DNA of 64,000 bases from Octopus vulgaris (GCA_951406725.2 OX597827.1:46500001-46564000); one strand, 5' to 3'. Shown: positions 47,451 through 61,547, counted from the stretch's first letter. Notes: generated from the letters alone by a model not told the origin. Program-made: numbers and translations.

Positions 47451-50400
47451 TTTAAAGCTTTTCCCTGTTGAGATCTCTCTCTTCCCCCCTCCCCCACCTT
47501 TCTCTGCTATCAAAAGAAAAAGTGATTTCAAAGTCTTCTGTAAAAATAGACACTTAACATTAGCAATAATAATAATAATAATTTGGTACATTTCCAATTC
47601 CATGTTTTATGGTGACTCAGCTCCTCTTCCTCCTACACTCCCCATAAGGAAGGAAACCAATCCCACACCCCCACTATATAATATCAAGTCTTTCATGATG
47701 CAGATTCTCTGTAGCTGCCTTTCCTTCTCCCTGTCTCCAAAATATGCTTCATGCATTTATTACAAATGGTAGCTACACTTTTTTTTTTTTTTTTTTTTTT
47801 TTTGTTAATTAACTCTTCTTTGTGGTGCATTCCCTAACTTCTTTTAATTTGATGTCATGCTTCTTAGCATTTTTTTTTTTTTTTACAAAAGAATTTGCTG
47901 AATTAATTCAATATCAAAACTAGTTGAAAATGTAGTCGAGTATTCTCGCCCCCAACTTCTCCATTCACTCTCTCTCGCTCGCTCTCTCTATCTCTTCATG
48001 TCCCTCAGTTTGTTTCGGGAATTGGGAATGAATTTGACTGTAGTTTGACTGCAACACTGTCTAAATAGAGGCAGTTGTAATATTTTCAGAAATAATTATG
48101 TATTGGAAAAATATAAATAAAAAAAATATATTATGTATACATATATATAAAATTTTCTCATATTTTCTTCTTTTTTTTTTATTGTAAATCGTGGTAATTA
48201 ATCATGATGGTTCTGATTGAAAATGGATTTTTTTTTTCAAATATTATTTTGGCATTAGAAAGGACATCCAGCCATAGAAATACATGCCAAAGCAGACACT
48301 AGAGTTCAGTACAGCCCTTTGGTTCACCAGATCCTATCACAGTCCAACCCATGCCAGCACAGAAAACAGACATTAAGTGATGATTTTGCTAATGTAGTTT
48401 CAGCATTTTATTTGTTTTCTTTAGTTTTCAACTTGCAATAGTGATGAAGATAATTTCTAGCATTGTGAGATCATACATTTTAAAAAGAGGATGAGTTATT
48501 CAGTACATTGACCCTGTGCCTCCCTGCTTTCCTCTCACATACTGTTAATACTCAGTTTTAACTTTCTTCTTTTGTTAACCACAGAAGGATAAAAATAAAT
48601 ATCCAAGCATAAAGCAGTGTAATTTTATATGCTACAGTGCATTTTCTCTTTTGTTTAGAATGAGAACAGTACTCCAGCATGGCCTTGATCGTACTGGCTA
48701 AAACAAACTAAAGATCTACAACTTTTGATGCTGCAATAATTACTTACATTGGCATGGAGCCACAGGTTTGAAGGTCACCACGTAGTAAATTTTGTAGTCG
48801 GTGTGTAGTAAATTGAATTAATTCCAGTACATAAAAAGTTCTTATTTTATCAACCTCAGTTTGATGGAAAGTAAAGTCAGTTATAACAGGATTTGATCCC
48901 AGATTGTTGAGGATTGACACTATTGTAAGATATTTACTCTGGTACTATATTATTTTAGAGACAATATTGGCTACTTGCTTAGCTACCTGATTACAAATTA
49001 GAACGAGGAGTGCTGGTGTCACATAAAAAGCACCCAGTGCACTGTAAAGCGGTAGGTGTTAGGAAGAGCATCTGGCCACAGAAACCGTACCAAAAAGGAT
49101 AAGGCAACTTCCTGGTTGGCCAACTCCAATCAAACTATCCACCTCGTACCAGTATGGACATTAAATAAGGAGGAGGATGAATGGGGTAATACTGGGATTT
49201 GTAAATTGTTTATCATAAAGGGGAGTTGCATGGATTAAAAGGGGGACAGGTAAATTGCCATGCTTAATAAAATTCTTCATTGCAATATGTTAAAATATAA
49301 TGCCATTGTTTCTATGGATTTTGTGAAATTATCTTTATTAAAATGGGGTTTGGACCAAAAATAAAAATAGCATTTTGATGGAAATGTTTTAATTCAGATA
49401 ACTTTAAAAATAAGTTTGTATCATAGAACTGAGGTCATTTCAACGGGTTGGTATTAAAATGAGTTTCCAATTTTTCAGTTAACCCTCTCGGCACTGGGCC
49501 CATGTGTCTAACTTTATCCTCCGCTTGGGCTCCTGAGCAAAATAATAAATAGTTGCCTATACAGTTCAAGGGTAATAACTGCATGCAAACTAATTGACAG
49601 AATCGGTTGCGTTTTTTTCTATGCTTGTTGTTCATTACCACTTAACTGGAAATCCAGTGTGATGGTATTAAACCTATTCCTGCTATAGGAGGAACATGGT
49701 GTGACAGGGTTAAAATAGAATTTTGATGGAAGGTTTTAATTTAGATTCTGTTGAAACAAGAAATATCATAAAACAGATGGGTTGACATCCAGTTACAATG
49801 GTTTCCAAAGTTTTAAACTTTCCCAACACTGAAGAAAGAAAAATTATATTAGATCAAAAAGGGTGGTGGGGTGGAAGAATCTTCAGTGTTACGCAGCATG
49901 CATTGTGGTATTTGTTCAAATTCTTTACTTTCTGAGTTCAAATCCTTCCAAGGTCAGCTATGCTTTATCCATCATTACAGAGTTTGATGAAGTATAGTAC
50001 CATTCAAGTACTGGAGTTGATGGTATCAGTTAGCTTCCCCCCACAGTTTCTGAATTGTTTAATAAGAAAGGAACCAAACATTTTCATTAATATTTTATGT
50101 GAAAGGTAAGGTGGCAAACTGATTAACAGTTTTCCATCAGTCTAAATTCTGAGTTAAAATATCACCGGTGACGACTTTGCATTTCATTCTTCCTGAGTCA
50201 ATAAAATAATTACCAGTTGGACACTGGAGTCAATGGAATCGACTTCCTCCTTCCTCTGAAATTACTGGCCTTGTGCCAAAATCTGATGGGTAAGGTGCCA
50301 TTTGGTAGTTGTGGGTGGGTATTAAATTAGACAATAAATAAATTTAAAAAATTTTGTTTTTGTCAAGAATGTAAGTAGGAAAACAGTGTTATGAAGGATG

Positions 50401-53400
50401 TTGTTAGCACTTGAACCAAAAATAATGTCCAACCCTGTTGGTTTCATTCTCTGCTTGAAATTCATTTCGCTTTTGTCTTCAGAGATGAAACATTTGACAA
50501 TATTAGCATCTCTCTTATATTTCAAGCACCTTGATCTCAACATTTATTTCTTTATTGCCCACAAGGGGCTAAGCATAGAGGGAACAAACAAGTAATTAAG
50601 TGGATTACATTGACCTCAGTGTGTAACTGGTTCTTATTTAATCAACCCCAAAAGGATGAAAGGCTAAGTCAACCTCGGCGGAATTTGAACTTAGAACGTA
50701 GCAACAGACGAAATATCACTAAACATTTCACCAGGAGTGCTAATGTTTCTGCCAGCTCGCCACCTTATTTAATCTCAACAGTCACTTATTTCTTGGTGTG
50801 AATATAGTGTCAGACTACATTTGAACAAGAATTTTTATCGTATCCACAAATGTCAATGGTTTAACAGTTTAGAACAGTGATTGCCAATCGTTTTTTGCCT
50901 ATGGACCGCTTTGATTCTTGTTTTGTTCTACTGGACCCCATGTTAAAAATAATCATTATATTTTCATGATTAAATATTAAGAATTGAATAAAGAATTGTT
51001 AAAATATTTCTTGTATCATAGAAGTATCACTGATTTATTGCTCATAAACTCTGACAACAAATTCTTATATGGACCCTGGTTTAGAGCATTACTAAATTAT
51101 ATGCAATTTTATTAAGGAATATAATTTCTTGGACTAGTAATGTTTTTAGAGAGAAGGAAATTTTCAATATTTATGTCAACACAAAGCTTAGAATGGTTTG
51201 ATATCTGATCATTATTGAGTGTCATATTCCTTGGACCCTTAGCTCCTGATAAAGTCATGAGTTGCTCTTGTGACATGCAGTGTCTTGTACATTTTTAGAT
51301 CTGGTAGAGCCATTCTGTTTCCAAGTTTGACCACAGATGGGATTTTTTTCTGTAAAGAGAGAGAAGTATTGACTTGTCCCCCCACCCCTAACATGGGACT
51401 GCTATTTAATCAATTGACTCCCCACTGCTACTACCAAAGAATGAATGGAAAATTTGAGCTCAGAGTGCAAAGACCTGGAATAATATACTCCAATGCTCTT
51501 ATCAGCTCAACCAATTTGCCACACATATATTGTACCAGAATGGATTCAAACTTCTTTGTTCCGTCAGATTAACAATCAGCCCCTGGGGATTTACTCATCA
51601 AATTCCACATGTTTGTCATGGAATCATAGGTGGATTCAAAGATGGTCTTGTGTGTGCTGCTGTCCTTTGCATATATTTTTTCAAAAAGATTAACCATCTT
51701 TTTTTGGCTAGATAAAGATTAGTTTGCCATTCCTGCCAGGGTATTCAGAAAGTAAAAAACCAGAACAAATACTGCAAAGCATTTTGTCCAACATTGACTT
51801 TGGAATGCCAAGAACCAGAATAAATGCTACAAGATTTTTGATCTAACATCATGGACCGATACTTTATTTTTGTGTCACCCCTAGATGGATGAAAGGTAAA
51901 TTTGACCCCCATGGGATTTAAACTTAGAATGCAAAGAGCTAGAATAAATATTGTAGGGTATTTGTCTAATGCCCCAACAATTCTTCCAATCTGCTTCACT
52001 AGGTTCAAACAAGCAACCTTTCCTTTCTGCATATGTACAATTAATGTTATGTTATTTGTAAAAGCAGAATTGTCATCATGTCAGGCAAAATGCTTAGTGG
52101 TGTTTTGTCCATCTTTATGTCCTGAGTTCAAATTCCACCAAGGTTGACTCTGCCTTTCATCCTTTCAGAGTTATTAAAATGCATCAATTCCAGTGTTCAA
52201 CTGAAGTCAATATAATTAACTTACCCATTCTTCCGAAGTTGCTGGCCTTGTCCCAAAATATGAAGCCATTATTCTTTTCTACTCTTGGCACAAGGCCTGA
52301 AATTTTGGTGAGAAGGGCCAGTTGATTAGATCGACTCCAGTATGCAACTGGCACTTAATTTATCGACCCTGAAAGGATGAAAGGCAAGGTTGAACTCAGA
52401 ACATAAAGACATGAAATACTGCTCAGCATTTCACCTGGCATGCTAACATTTCTGCCAGATCACCACCTTAAATTTGAAGAAAGCACATAGTTTCAGGTTT
52501 AGTCTCACTGCGTTGCACCTTGAGCATATGTCATCTATTATAAACCCAGGCTGGCCTAAGCATAATGATTGAATTTGGTTGATGGAAACTGAAAGAAGCC
52601 CATTATGTGTGTGTATTTGTATCTCTGTCTTAACATCAGATGGTAGTTGTAAATCAGCATCATCACCATACAAATGGTATCAATTGTTTCCAGTTTTTGA
52701 AAACATGTCAAGCTATCGGAAAATAGTACCTTGCTTGCAAACACGTGATGGGTGGCAACAGGAAGAGCATCCAGCCATAGAAAATCTGCCTTAGAAAATT
52801 CTGTCCAGCCCATGCAAGCATAGAAAAGTTTCCATAGATATTGGAACTGTCATGATGAAATAAAAGAATTCAATTTAGTATTATGTACACCAAGGGCTAC
52901 AACATCGGATGATGACCATAAGAGATGGATCCAATCAAATGTAATGTAGACAAAAACATTTAGCTGTTTCATCTCTGAATATGAGGTTATAATCATATTA
53001 ACAACAAACAGTCCTAGTCACTTTACTGTACTTATGCCTGTAAGAAAGACATGCACATCATGACATCCATTTCCTTTAAATCAAAATAAAGGATCTTTTC
53101 TGCTCAATCAAAAAATGAAATATTAATTTCTTTTTGGGAGGTTTTTTTTTTTTTTTTAATGAGAGAGAGACATTATGGAGGCTCAAAATCTATGAACGTA
53201 AGATTAATCTACTGCTCCATTGACTGAATCAAACTTGATAACAGATTTTTTAGAAGCATAATTACATATGGCAAAGAGCGTGAGTATGCCTATGTGGTAA
53301 GAAGTTTGCTTCCCAACCACATGGTTTTGAGTTCAGTTCCACTACATGGCACTGTGAGCAAGTGCTTTTTTTTTTTACTATAGCCCCAGGCCAACCAAAT

Positions 53401-53450
53401 CTATAGGAGTAAATTTAATAGATGGGAACTAGAAGAAGTCTGTCATATTA

Positions 53451-53675
53451 TCTACTATATATTTGTGAAAAGAGTGTACGTTGTCTCACAAGCAAAAGTG
53501 TTAGTAAATATGATCGGATTGACCTGAAAATTTGCACACCTGTGTTAAAAGTGCTGGGGAGTTTGCATGGCAACTTTGAGTTTGCTCAATTGAAAAGTGT
53601 GGCCTCTAGGGTAAAATTCCTCATCTTTAAAATGTGGCCCGAGTAGACCCGAATGAAATCGGGTTATAATACTAG
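53451..53675 (+). mobile_element. Non-autonomous Helitron nested in the (AT)n tract of a SINE
   Basis: A|TCTACTATATA start, hairpin acccga..tcgggt, CTAG|T end. Confidence 0.78.
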
Positions 53676-54251
53676 TATATATATGTGTGTGTATGTGTCA
53701 CAATATCACTTGACAACCAGTGTTGCTTTGTTTATATCCCCATAACTTAGCAGTTCAGTAGAAAGTGACTGATAGAATAAGTACCAAGTTGATTTGTTTA
53801 ACTATGCCCTTCAAGACGGTTCCCATAGCATGGCTGCACTCCTAGGACCGAAGTAAGTAAAAAGTAAAAGATATGACATTAAGACTTCCAGAAAGAACCT
53901 ATATTATTAAAACATTTCAAGTTGGAAGAAACTGAAAAAATATAGTAATTATTTTTATTTAGTTAGAGAAAGAAGAATGACATCCATGGAATTTGAAAAT
54001 TGATGAGATGATGCGATGTGGTGAACGTTTTGCCGGTTTTCTGAAAAATCGCGAGTTGGCTGTTATTTCTAGCATGTGGAGAGACCTCCTAGGCTTAACT
54101 CTGTGCTGGTTGAAAATCACCTAAAAAAGATTCTAGGGTCGATACATTCGCTTAAAACTTCTTGAGGGCGGTGCCCCAGCATGGCTGCAGTCTTATGACT
54201 GCAAAAGTAAAACAAAAAAAAAAGAAAGGAAAATATCACAAAAGTGGTTTT

Positions 54252-54686
54252 GGCGATATTTCGTCTCCAGTAGACCTTTCCGTCGATTTTCGTAAAAAAA
54301 TTTTTTTTTTTTACATATGGGCTTGCGGGAACTTTTGAAGTAATGAAAGCGAAAGAGACCAAGAGAAAGCGATTGTATGACGAGGGAAGTTCTTTTGAAG
54401 TTACCGTGCATGGACTCTCTCTGTCTCTTCACACACACTAACAGAAGCACTTCACTTACACAACATACTTTCTGTCTCCCACACCCCATCAAACACACAC
54501 ACACACACATGTACATCAATGCTCCTATGCACGGTAACTTCAAAAGAACTTCCCTCGTCATACAATCGCTTTCTCTTAGTCTCTTTCGCTCTCATTACTT
54601 CAAAAGTTCCTGCAAGCCCATATGTAAAAAAAAAAAAAATTTTTACGGAAATCGACGGAAAGGTCTACTGGAGACGAAAGATCGCC
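54252..54686. mobile_element. Foldback MITE, 160-bp TIRs, GG..CC ends, 8-bp TSD (Merlin-like)
   Basis: TIRs 54252..54411 and 54527..54686; TSD GTGGTTTT at 54244 and 54687; a related single end begins at 60180. Confidence 0.85.
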
Positions 54687-56016
54687 GTGGTTTTGATCAG
54701 GCTTTTAAAAAATTCTGGGTTCCATAAAGCCATCTAAAAATTGTTCAAGGTGATGGCCGGCCGCAGTCTAATAACTGCAACAAGTAAGAAAAAAAACAAT
54801 TTTGGGATCGATACGTTCAACTAAAAATTCTTCAAGGCGGTACCCCAGCATGACTACAATCAAGTAAAAGGTGAAAGAAACGAAAAATATAACCGTGGGG
54901 CTTTTGTCCACTTCCACACTTTAACTCTGGGGCTTTTGTCCGGATCCCCATTCTAGCAGTGAGTAGGGAGTCTAGTAGGCCCACATTATCCGAATCTTTG
55001 TTTTTAAGATGGAAGCATATGATTTGAATAATATTTGGCTGCTGATTCTCACAAGTTGTACGATGGAGGCTCGCTTATCGGTTCGTCTGTGAGTGATTGC
55101 GGTGTCTGAGGATGTTTGTGCGTGTAATAAAAACATCAGCACCAACCCAAATATCCCCAGAGTAAGACAGCAAATAAATAACGTTTAGCCTCATGCCAGC
55201 CTGAGAGAAAGCATTTATGATCAAAAACGTTCCAGGCGTGACCCTCTATGTTTTTGTACATTGTTCAATGCATGTGTGTGTGGTCTTTTTCGTTCACGGC
55301 GTCCAATTTCTTTCAGACTTTCTACACTCATGTAAATTTGCATGCTAATTGCGAAAATCACATTCATTTTTGTCACAAATTATTAAGTTGTGATTTTGGT
55401 GGTTGATCGGCTCCCGTGTTGACTTTGTCATTTGTACAAAAGAACCATTACAGATGTCGTCGGCAATAGTCGAACTAGAAGTATATAGTAAATAGATATG
55501 GGTTTGTACATTAGGAAGGCAACATCTACCATCACTGTCGGGTGCTGGAGATGAGGAGAAGGAAGAGAGGAGAGCAGATAACAATGAAATGTTTGTCTTC
55601 ACTATAGCAATTAAACGTTAATATTTCGTCCGTTTTCAACCGCCGATCACAGAAATATTACCAGCATGAAGGGAATCGATCCAGGCACCGCTATGTGTTT
55701 AAGCCGTTCGCTTTGCAACCACATGGTTTCAGTTCAAACCCACCGTGCGGCACTTTGAGTAGGTGTCTTCTACTATAACCCCAGGTTGATGAAAGCCTTT
55801 TGAGCGAATTTGGTAGACAGAAATTTAAAGAAGCTCGTCATATATATATGATTATCGTCATTTCTTTCTCTTTTGCCTGCGTTGTTTGCCTTTTAAGTGC
55901 TGTGGTTTTACTGGGATCTCCCTTTTAAGTAGAAAGAATAGCCAAAACTCTTTTGACTGCTATTTCTAAATTCGGTGTGTGGTGAGGCAAATCGTTGCTA
56001 AACCCTTAATTACTTA

Positions 56017-56060
<44 letters not shown>

Positions 56061-56099
56061 GTATATGTTTAACAATGAAGTCAAACCAAGTAATGACAT

Positions 56100-56470
56100 T
56101 TTGAAAGCATTTATTACGCATGTTTCAGATCATTGCGCAATAGATAATAGAAACTTCAACTTTGAAGACTTTCCTCAGTAAAGACATCAAAATATAAACC
56201 AAAACAGGTAATTTATTCTATTCATGGCCGGGGCAGTTGAAGTCAGCTACTATATGAGGAGGGTGGAAGGGTATGTATAGAGGGAGAAGAAAGAGAGGAT
56301 GAAAGAGATAGTAAAAAGAAGTGACAGGTAGGAATGAGAGAAAAGGAATTGGTAGTGTAGGTTGTGTGAACAGAGAAAACGTGAAGAGTAAGGGACTATA
56401 AGGTGGAGTGGTGTGGGGGAGAATTGAAAGTGTCACTAACAATATAGGCGAAATAAAATATGACTGAAGG
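56100..56470 (-). mobile_element. Old PLE-like remnant with degenerate HHR (CTGAGGA...GATCT-GAAA-CATGCGTA-ATAAA)
   Basis: Inverted, diverged partner of 57420..58073. Confidence 0.45.
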
Positions 56471-56586
56471 CAAGTGCAAAAGAACAACAATAATAAGGAT
56501 TTATTATTATTATTATTATTATTCACTTAAATATTTTGATAAACAAACTGAATATTGACTATTATATAAAGACCAACTACGAATTC

Positions 56587-57300
56587 TTACATTCTCTCGA
56601 TTTTCTGTAGTTCAGACCACCTGATGGTCCGAGCTGACAAAATGGAAATGGCGTTGTCTCGGAGGATGGCGAGGAAGTTGTGCTGGAACATCCGCTCTGA
56701 CTTACGGGACTCACGTTTGCGGATAACCATCTCTGTTCCGATAGCAGTGGGCAGGGATATAGTCCGGGGACCGAGAACGCCAGAGGTTTTCACTGTCACA
56801 GGCTCGACCATAAACCAGTCAGAGAGCGAACAATACTTTGATAGTTTGCCTTTCTCATCCTGACGAGCAGTGGAACCTGGAATGGTAGCCGAACACACCA
56901 AGTTGACACTGGAGAAGGTCTCACAATATGTGACATCCCAGATAAGGGATCTATTACCACGGAACAGGAAAACTGTCACACCGTCCCTTCGGTCTAACCC
57001 CGTTGGTTAGAGCTGGAAAGGGAAGACTGGAATCTCGATCATGCTTTATAAATTTGTTAAGGGCGGCATGGAGAAGAAGTTGGCTAACACTATAATAGCA
57101 TGGCAATAGGCGGAGGCCGAAACAACCCACAGTGGGCCCGCAGCGGCATTTGTGAGGCTCACAGATTTGGAGACCAAGCCTTAGGGAAATGCCGATGCAT
57201 AGACAGTCGCTATCAAGCAGAGTGCCATTCATGAGCGATGGCACCGCATTGAACCAGGTTCTACTGTTAAGCTCGGAGGCTGAGCGGGAACATGGCAGAC
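56587..57300 (-). mobile_element. CRE-clade non-LTR retrotransposon 3' fragment (zinc knuckle plus restriction-like endonuclease), frameshifted
   Basis: WFNAVPS..GTLLD..ISLRLG..ICEPHKCRCG, HAALN, RP(K)G, LIWDVT, KLSKY, KTSGVLGP, AILRDNA. Confidence 0.8.
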
Positions 57301-57419
57301 AGTGCTCATCATCATCATCATCATCATCGCCGTTGTTGTCGTTATTTTGCTTTTGCTTTCATTCATTGCATTTATTCACTTAGTTGACCATTCAGTTATC
57401 TTCCCTCAATATAGTATTG

Positions 57420-58073
57420 TTTTCTATTTCCATATACCAACATTACCAGTCCTCTTTCTTTTTCTCTCATTCCTTCTTTCCCTTTCTGTCCACCTTTCTT
57501 CCTACTCCCTCTCTATACACACCTTTCTCCCTGATATAGTTGCTGACTTCAACCGTCCTGATAATACTCTCTCTCTTTTTTACTCTCTTTTACTTGTTTC
57601 AGTCATTTGACTGCGGCCATGCTGGAGCACCACCTTTTAGTACTTATTCTATCGGTCTCTTTTTGCCGAACCGCTAAGTGACGGGGACCTAAACACACCA
57701 GCATCGGTTGTCAAGCAATGCTAGGGGGACAAACACAGACACACAAACACACACACATATACATATATATACATATATACGACAGGCTTCTTTCAGTTTC
57801 CGTCTACCAAATCCACTCACAAGGCATTGGTCGGCCCGGGGCTATAGCAGAAGACACTTGCCCAAGATGCCACGCAGTGGGACTGAACCCGCAACCGTGT
57901 GGTTGGTTAGCAAGCTACTTACCACACAGCCACTCCTGCGCCTATGATATATATATAAAAAATTTTCATTTGGTTTATATTTTGAAATATCCTGAGGAAG
58001 ATCTAACGCAAGGGATGAATTCTTTATTATCTATTATGTAATGACTTGAGACGTGCGTACTAAATACTTTCAA
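57420..58073 (+). mobile_element. Old PLE-like remnant interrupted by a SINE (57565..57942); degenerate HHR at 57992..58059
   Basis: Shares tatagt(t/a)gctgacttcaac, ttggtttatattttga and CTGAGGA..tattatctatt..cgta.taaat with 56100..56470. Confidence 0.45.
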
Positions 58074-58492
58074 GCTATAAATATTTGACTTGACTTTATC
58101 ACACACACACACGTCAAACCAAAGGCGTATGACCTTGTGGCTATGGTGTTGCCCTAACGACTGCTAGATCATAGGTTTGATTCCAGGACAGGGCGGCGCG
58201 TTGTGTTCTTAAGCAAAACACGTAATTTCACATCACTCCTGTTCACTGAGCTGTAAATTGGTAACTCTAGGACAGAATAAGCTTTCGATCAGGGTGACTG
58301 TTGGCCTGCTCCCCTAGCCAGCCGGGTGGCATCATTCAAAGGCGAAGAGCATTGTGACTCGAGATGTATAACATCTGATAGTCTGGTCAATACCTTAATA
58401 TCATGATACGACTGCTTCTCTTGTTTAAAGTTCCACGTAGGTTTTCATAATTTAGTTATGAATTACAGAGCACGATGTATGAGAGAGAAAGG

Positions 58493-58527
<35 letters not shown>

Positions 58528-60847
58528 GCCAAGCACAGGCTTATGTGACAGTTCTTACGCACGTTTCCCTATTATTGTTACTTGAAGCTCTACAATTGGT
58601 ATTCCAAATGTCCAACTACAACGGATCACCAGGGAACACACACACGCACGTGTATATCTATGTGTAATTGTGTTCGGGCTCCACCACCGCTCGACAACCA
58701 GTGTTGGTTTGTTTACGACCACGTAACTTAGCGATTCGGTAAAAGAAAGTCTGGTAGAATAAAGTACCAGACTTTAAAATAAGTATTGGGATTGATGTGT
58801 TCAGCGAAATCCTTCAAGGTATGGCTCCAGTATGTCCGCAGTCCGAGAAAGTCTATGTGGTTGCTGCTTGCTTGAGCTCTCACAAGGTCAGGAATTATGC
58901 GCGCCAAAGGCTGTCATTTCTTATGTACTTTTTAAGTATCGTAGATAAATAGAAAAAAAAATATAATCTCACCTTTCTTTTCCTGTAATTTTTCAGTTTT
59001 GACATCTTTTTTCTTCCTAGATTTATGTTTTAAACATTTGAGGTTATGATTCCAGAAAATTATACTTAACTTGTAGCCAATAAAAATTTTCGAAAGAAGT
59101 CAAAACTGAAAATTTATGGAAAAAGCTAGCGTGGAAACTTTATGCCTCACTCCGCCGTTTTTTCAATACAGATTCGTAATCTATGATTTTTATAACACAC
59201 AGACCGAAGAAATTACAGATTTTGTCCGACAAGATAATTTCCGACTCTGTTTTATAGGAAAGCCCATATATGATAAATTAGTCCAGATACTCAGTCTGAA
59301 GAAAAAAGACGACGGGATGGTCACGGCTGGAACATATTTGATCATAAGTCTACTTGATAAGGGCAACAAGCAGGTTAAATCACATTAACATGAACAAAAC
59401 AAGAGGGCCTCTACAACAGCCTGGACAAAAATACCTATGCCTGCTCCACAAGATCACTCAACTTTCCAGAAATAGCAGCCAAACTCATTCAACTCAAACC
59501 CTGTCATCTTAGCACATACTGAACAATAAGGTCATAGATACACAAAAAAGGCGGGATGGTCAACAGCAACTCAGGTCTTCTCAATGTGACTTGATCAGGT
59601 CCTAAACTTTAAACAACAAAACGCGTAAGTCTGCTGTCACGACTGACTTGGAAGTAAACAACCACTATATGAGTAAATCTCGACATCGCCTACTCGAGTT
59701 ACTAGAAATAGCAGTCAAATCTGACTCAAATCACACCGAATTGTCTTTAAATAAAAAGATCCCCACAATTCGATAATCCAGGTCCGAGATATACTCTGAA
59801 GGAATATAAAAAAGGTTATGTCCTCTCTGTCACGGTTGACCTGCACGGAGTAAACAACCACTGCAGGAGCCAACAAACGACGGATATATAAGTCTCGGCA
59901 TAAGATAGCCAGCAGCGGCATACCTACCCAACTGTATCTGCCCTACGACTTTGTTTCCTTACAACTTTCAGAAAAATACATATATCTTTAGTAAATGTTT
60001 CTACAAACACCTTACAAACGATGTAGATCACTATTATATTCAGAATTTGATGCGAAAAATATTTCGGAAGGGGCAGATCCAGAAGAGTTTTGGATAATTT
60101 TCACGAATCAATTTTGTTTTGTCCTAGCCTTTCAGATAGTGTGGATTATAATTATATAGAAATTTAATGTTAAAAAAAAGGCGATCTTTCGTTTGTAGTA
60201 GCACGTTTCCGTCGATGATTTCCGTAAAAAACTTTTATTATTTTACATATGGGTATGCGGGAACATTTGAAGTAATCTTCTGGAGTGGTTTTCTTTTCGG
60301 TATATATACGCAACATTCAATTAAAGAGAAGAAATTATTGAAATTAGTCATGACTCATTTTACCCCATTTTAGGCATCGTTTTTGAAACTTGAAAAATGA
60401 TCAAATTAGATGTAAGTGTGGAGAAAAAGTGACTTGAACTCCAAAAGAGAAAAGAATGTTGATTGTTAAACACCAGAAATTATCCAGATATATTTTATTA
60501 ACAACCTCAGTTACAATCGGGTTAAAGTTGAGAAGAAATTTCTTGAAAAAAAAGTACCTGTCACCTATGTTTCAAACTCTTAAATTCATGAATTTTTATT
60601 CCTAGAGTTACTGTAATAGTACAAAAACAACGATGGCAAGCTTGCAATGTAATGATTTCAAACAGGCAGGTAGAAATTAGAGAGAAATCAGAAATTACTC
60701 ATTTTGCCCCAGTTACTAATTTTAACCCACCCCCCCATCATGTGTGTGTGTTTGTATCTGTGTTTGTCCTGCACTACCGCCTGACGATTGATGCTGGTTT
60801 GTTTACGTCCCCATAACAGTATCAGGCTTAAAAAAAGCAAATAAGTA

Positions 60848-61145
60848 GGTACTACTTGAGAACAGTGGACCCGGTGCGTGCTCTCGCGTACTCGCGCATC
60901 CGCGCCAGCTAGTCATGACTAGTCGATCCTTACTTTGTGTTTTTGTGTTATTTACTTTATTTAAAAAATTATTTACTTTGTGTTTTGGTATTTTATTTAC
61001 TTTGTGTAAAAAAAATCATTTATTTTGTGTTTTATTTACTTTGCTAGGGAGTCGTTGTAGGATCGACTACTTACGACAAGCTAGCGCGGATGCGCGACTA
61101 CGCGTGTGCGCGCACCTGGATCACTCACTGTTCGCTAGTAGTACC
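60848..61145. mobile_element. MITE with CpG-rich TIRs of about 85 bp (GGTACTACT..AGTAGTACC) and 9-bp TSD, nested in a SINE
   Basis: TSD AAATAAGTA/AAATAAATA; AT-rich spacer of (ttatttactttgtg)-like units. Confidence 0.75.
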
Positions 61146-61364
61146 AAATAAATATTGGGGTCGATTCGTTCGACTAAAATTCTTCAAGGCAGTGGTCCAG
61201 CACGACTGTAGTCTAATGAACGAAACGTAGTTTAATAATACAAAACAAAATAAGATAACCCCACTCCACGCACATTGTCACCTAGACTCTCCAGAAAAAC
61301 GTTATATTTGACATTTTAGCTAGTATGAAAGATTAACTCCCCTTGATTTCTCCCTCGTGCAATA

Positions 61365-61465
61365 ATAATTCGAACGGCAACATCGAAATTCAGCCAATCA
61401 GCAATCGCCTTGATTCTGATTGGCTTATTTTGAAATTGCACAAAATACGAAAAATTTAAATCCAA
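61365..61465 (+). promoter_or_regulatory. Kinesin promoter: inverted CCAAT pair and CHR-type elements
   Basis: CCAAT 61394..61398, ATTGG 61419..61423, TTTGAA 61429..61434, variants TTCGAA 61369 and TTTAAA 61455, MYB-like AACGG 61373. Confidence 0.6.
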
Positions 61466-61547
61466 CAAGGCGAACTGGTCTTACTGTTATTGTACGTGTG
61501 TGTGATTGTTTGTTGAAAGTTATTTACTGTACGACAGTAGTGAAAAT

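Noticed and set aside
54117-54737. Mirror-image ORFs on both strands (MTREVLLKLPC...)
   Set aside because: A consequence of the 160-bp MITE TIRs, not genes
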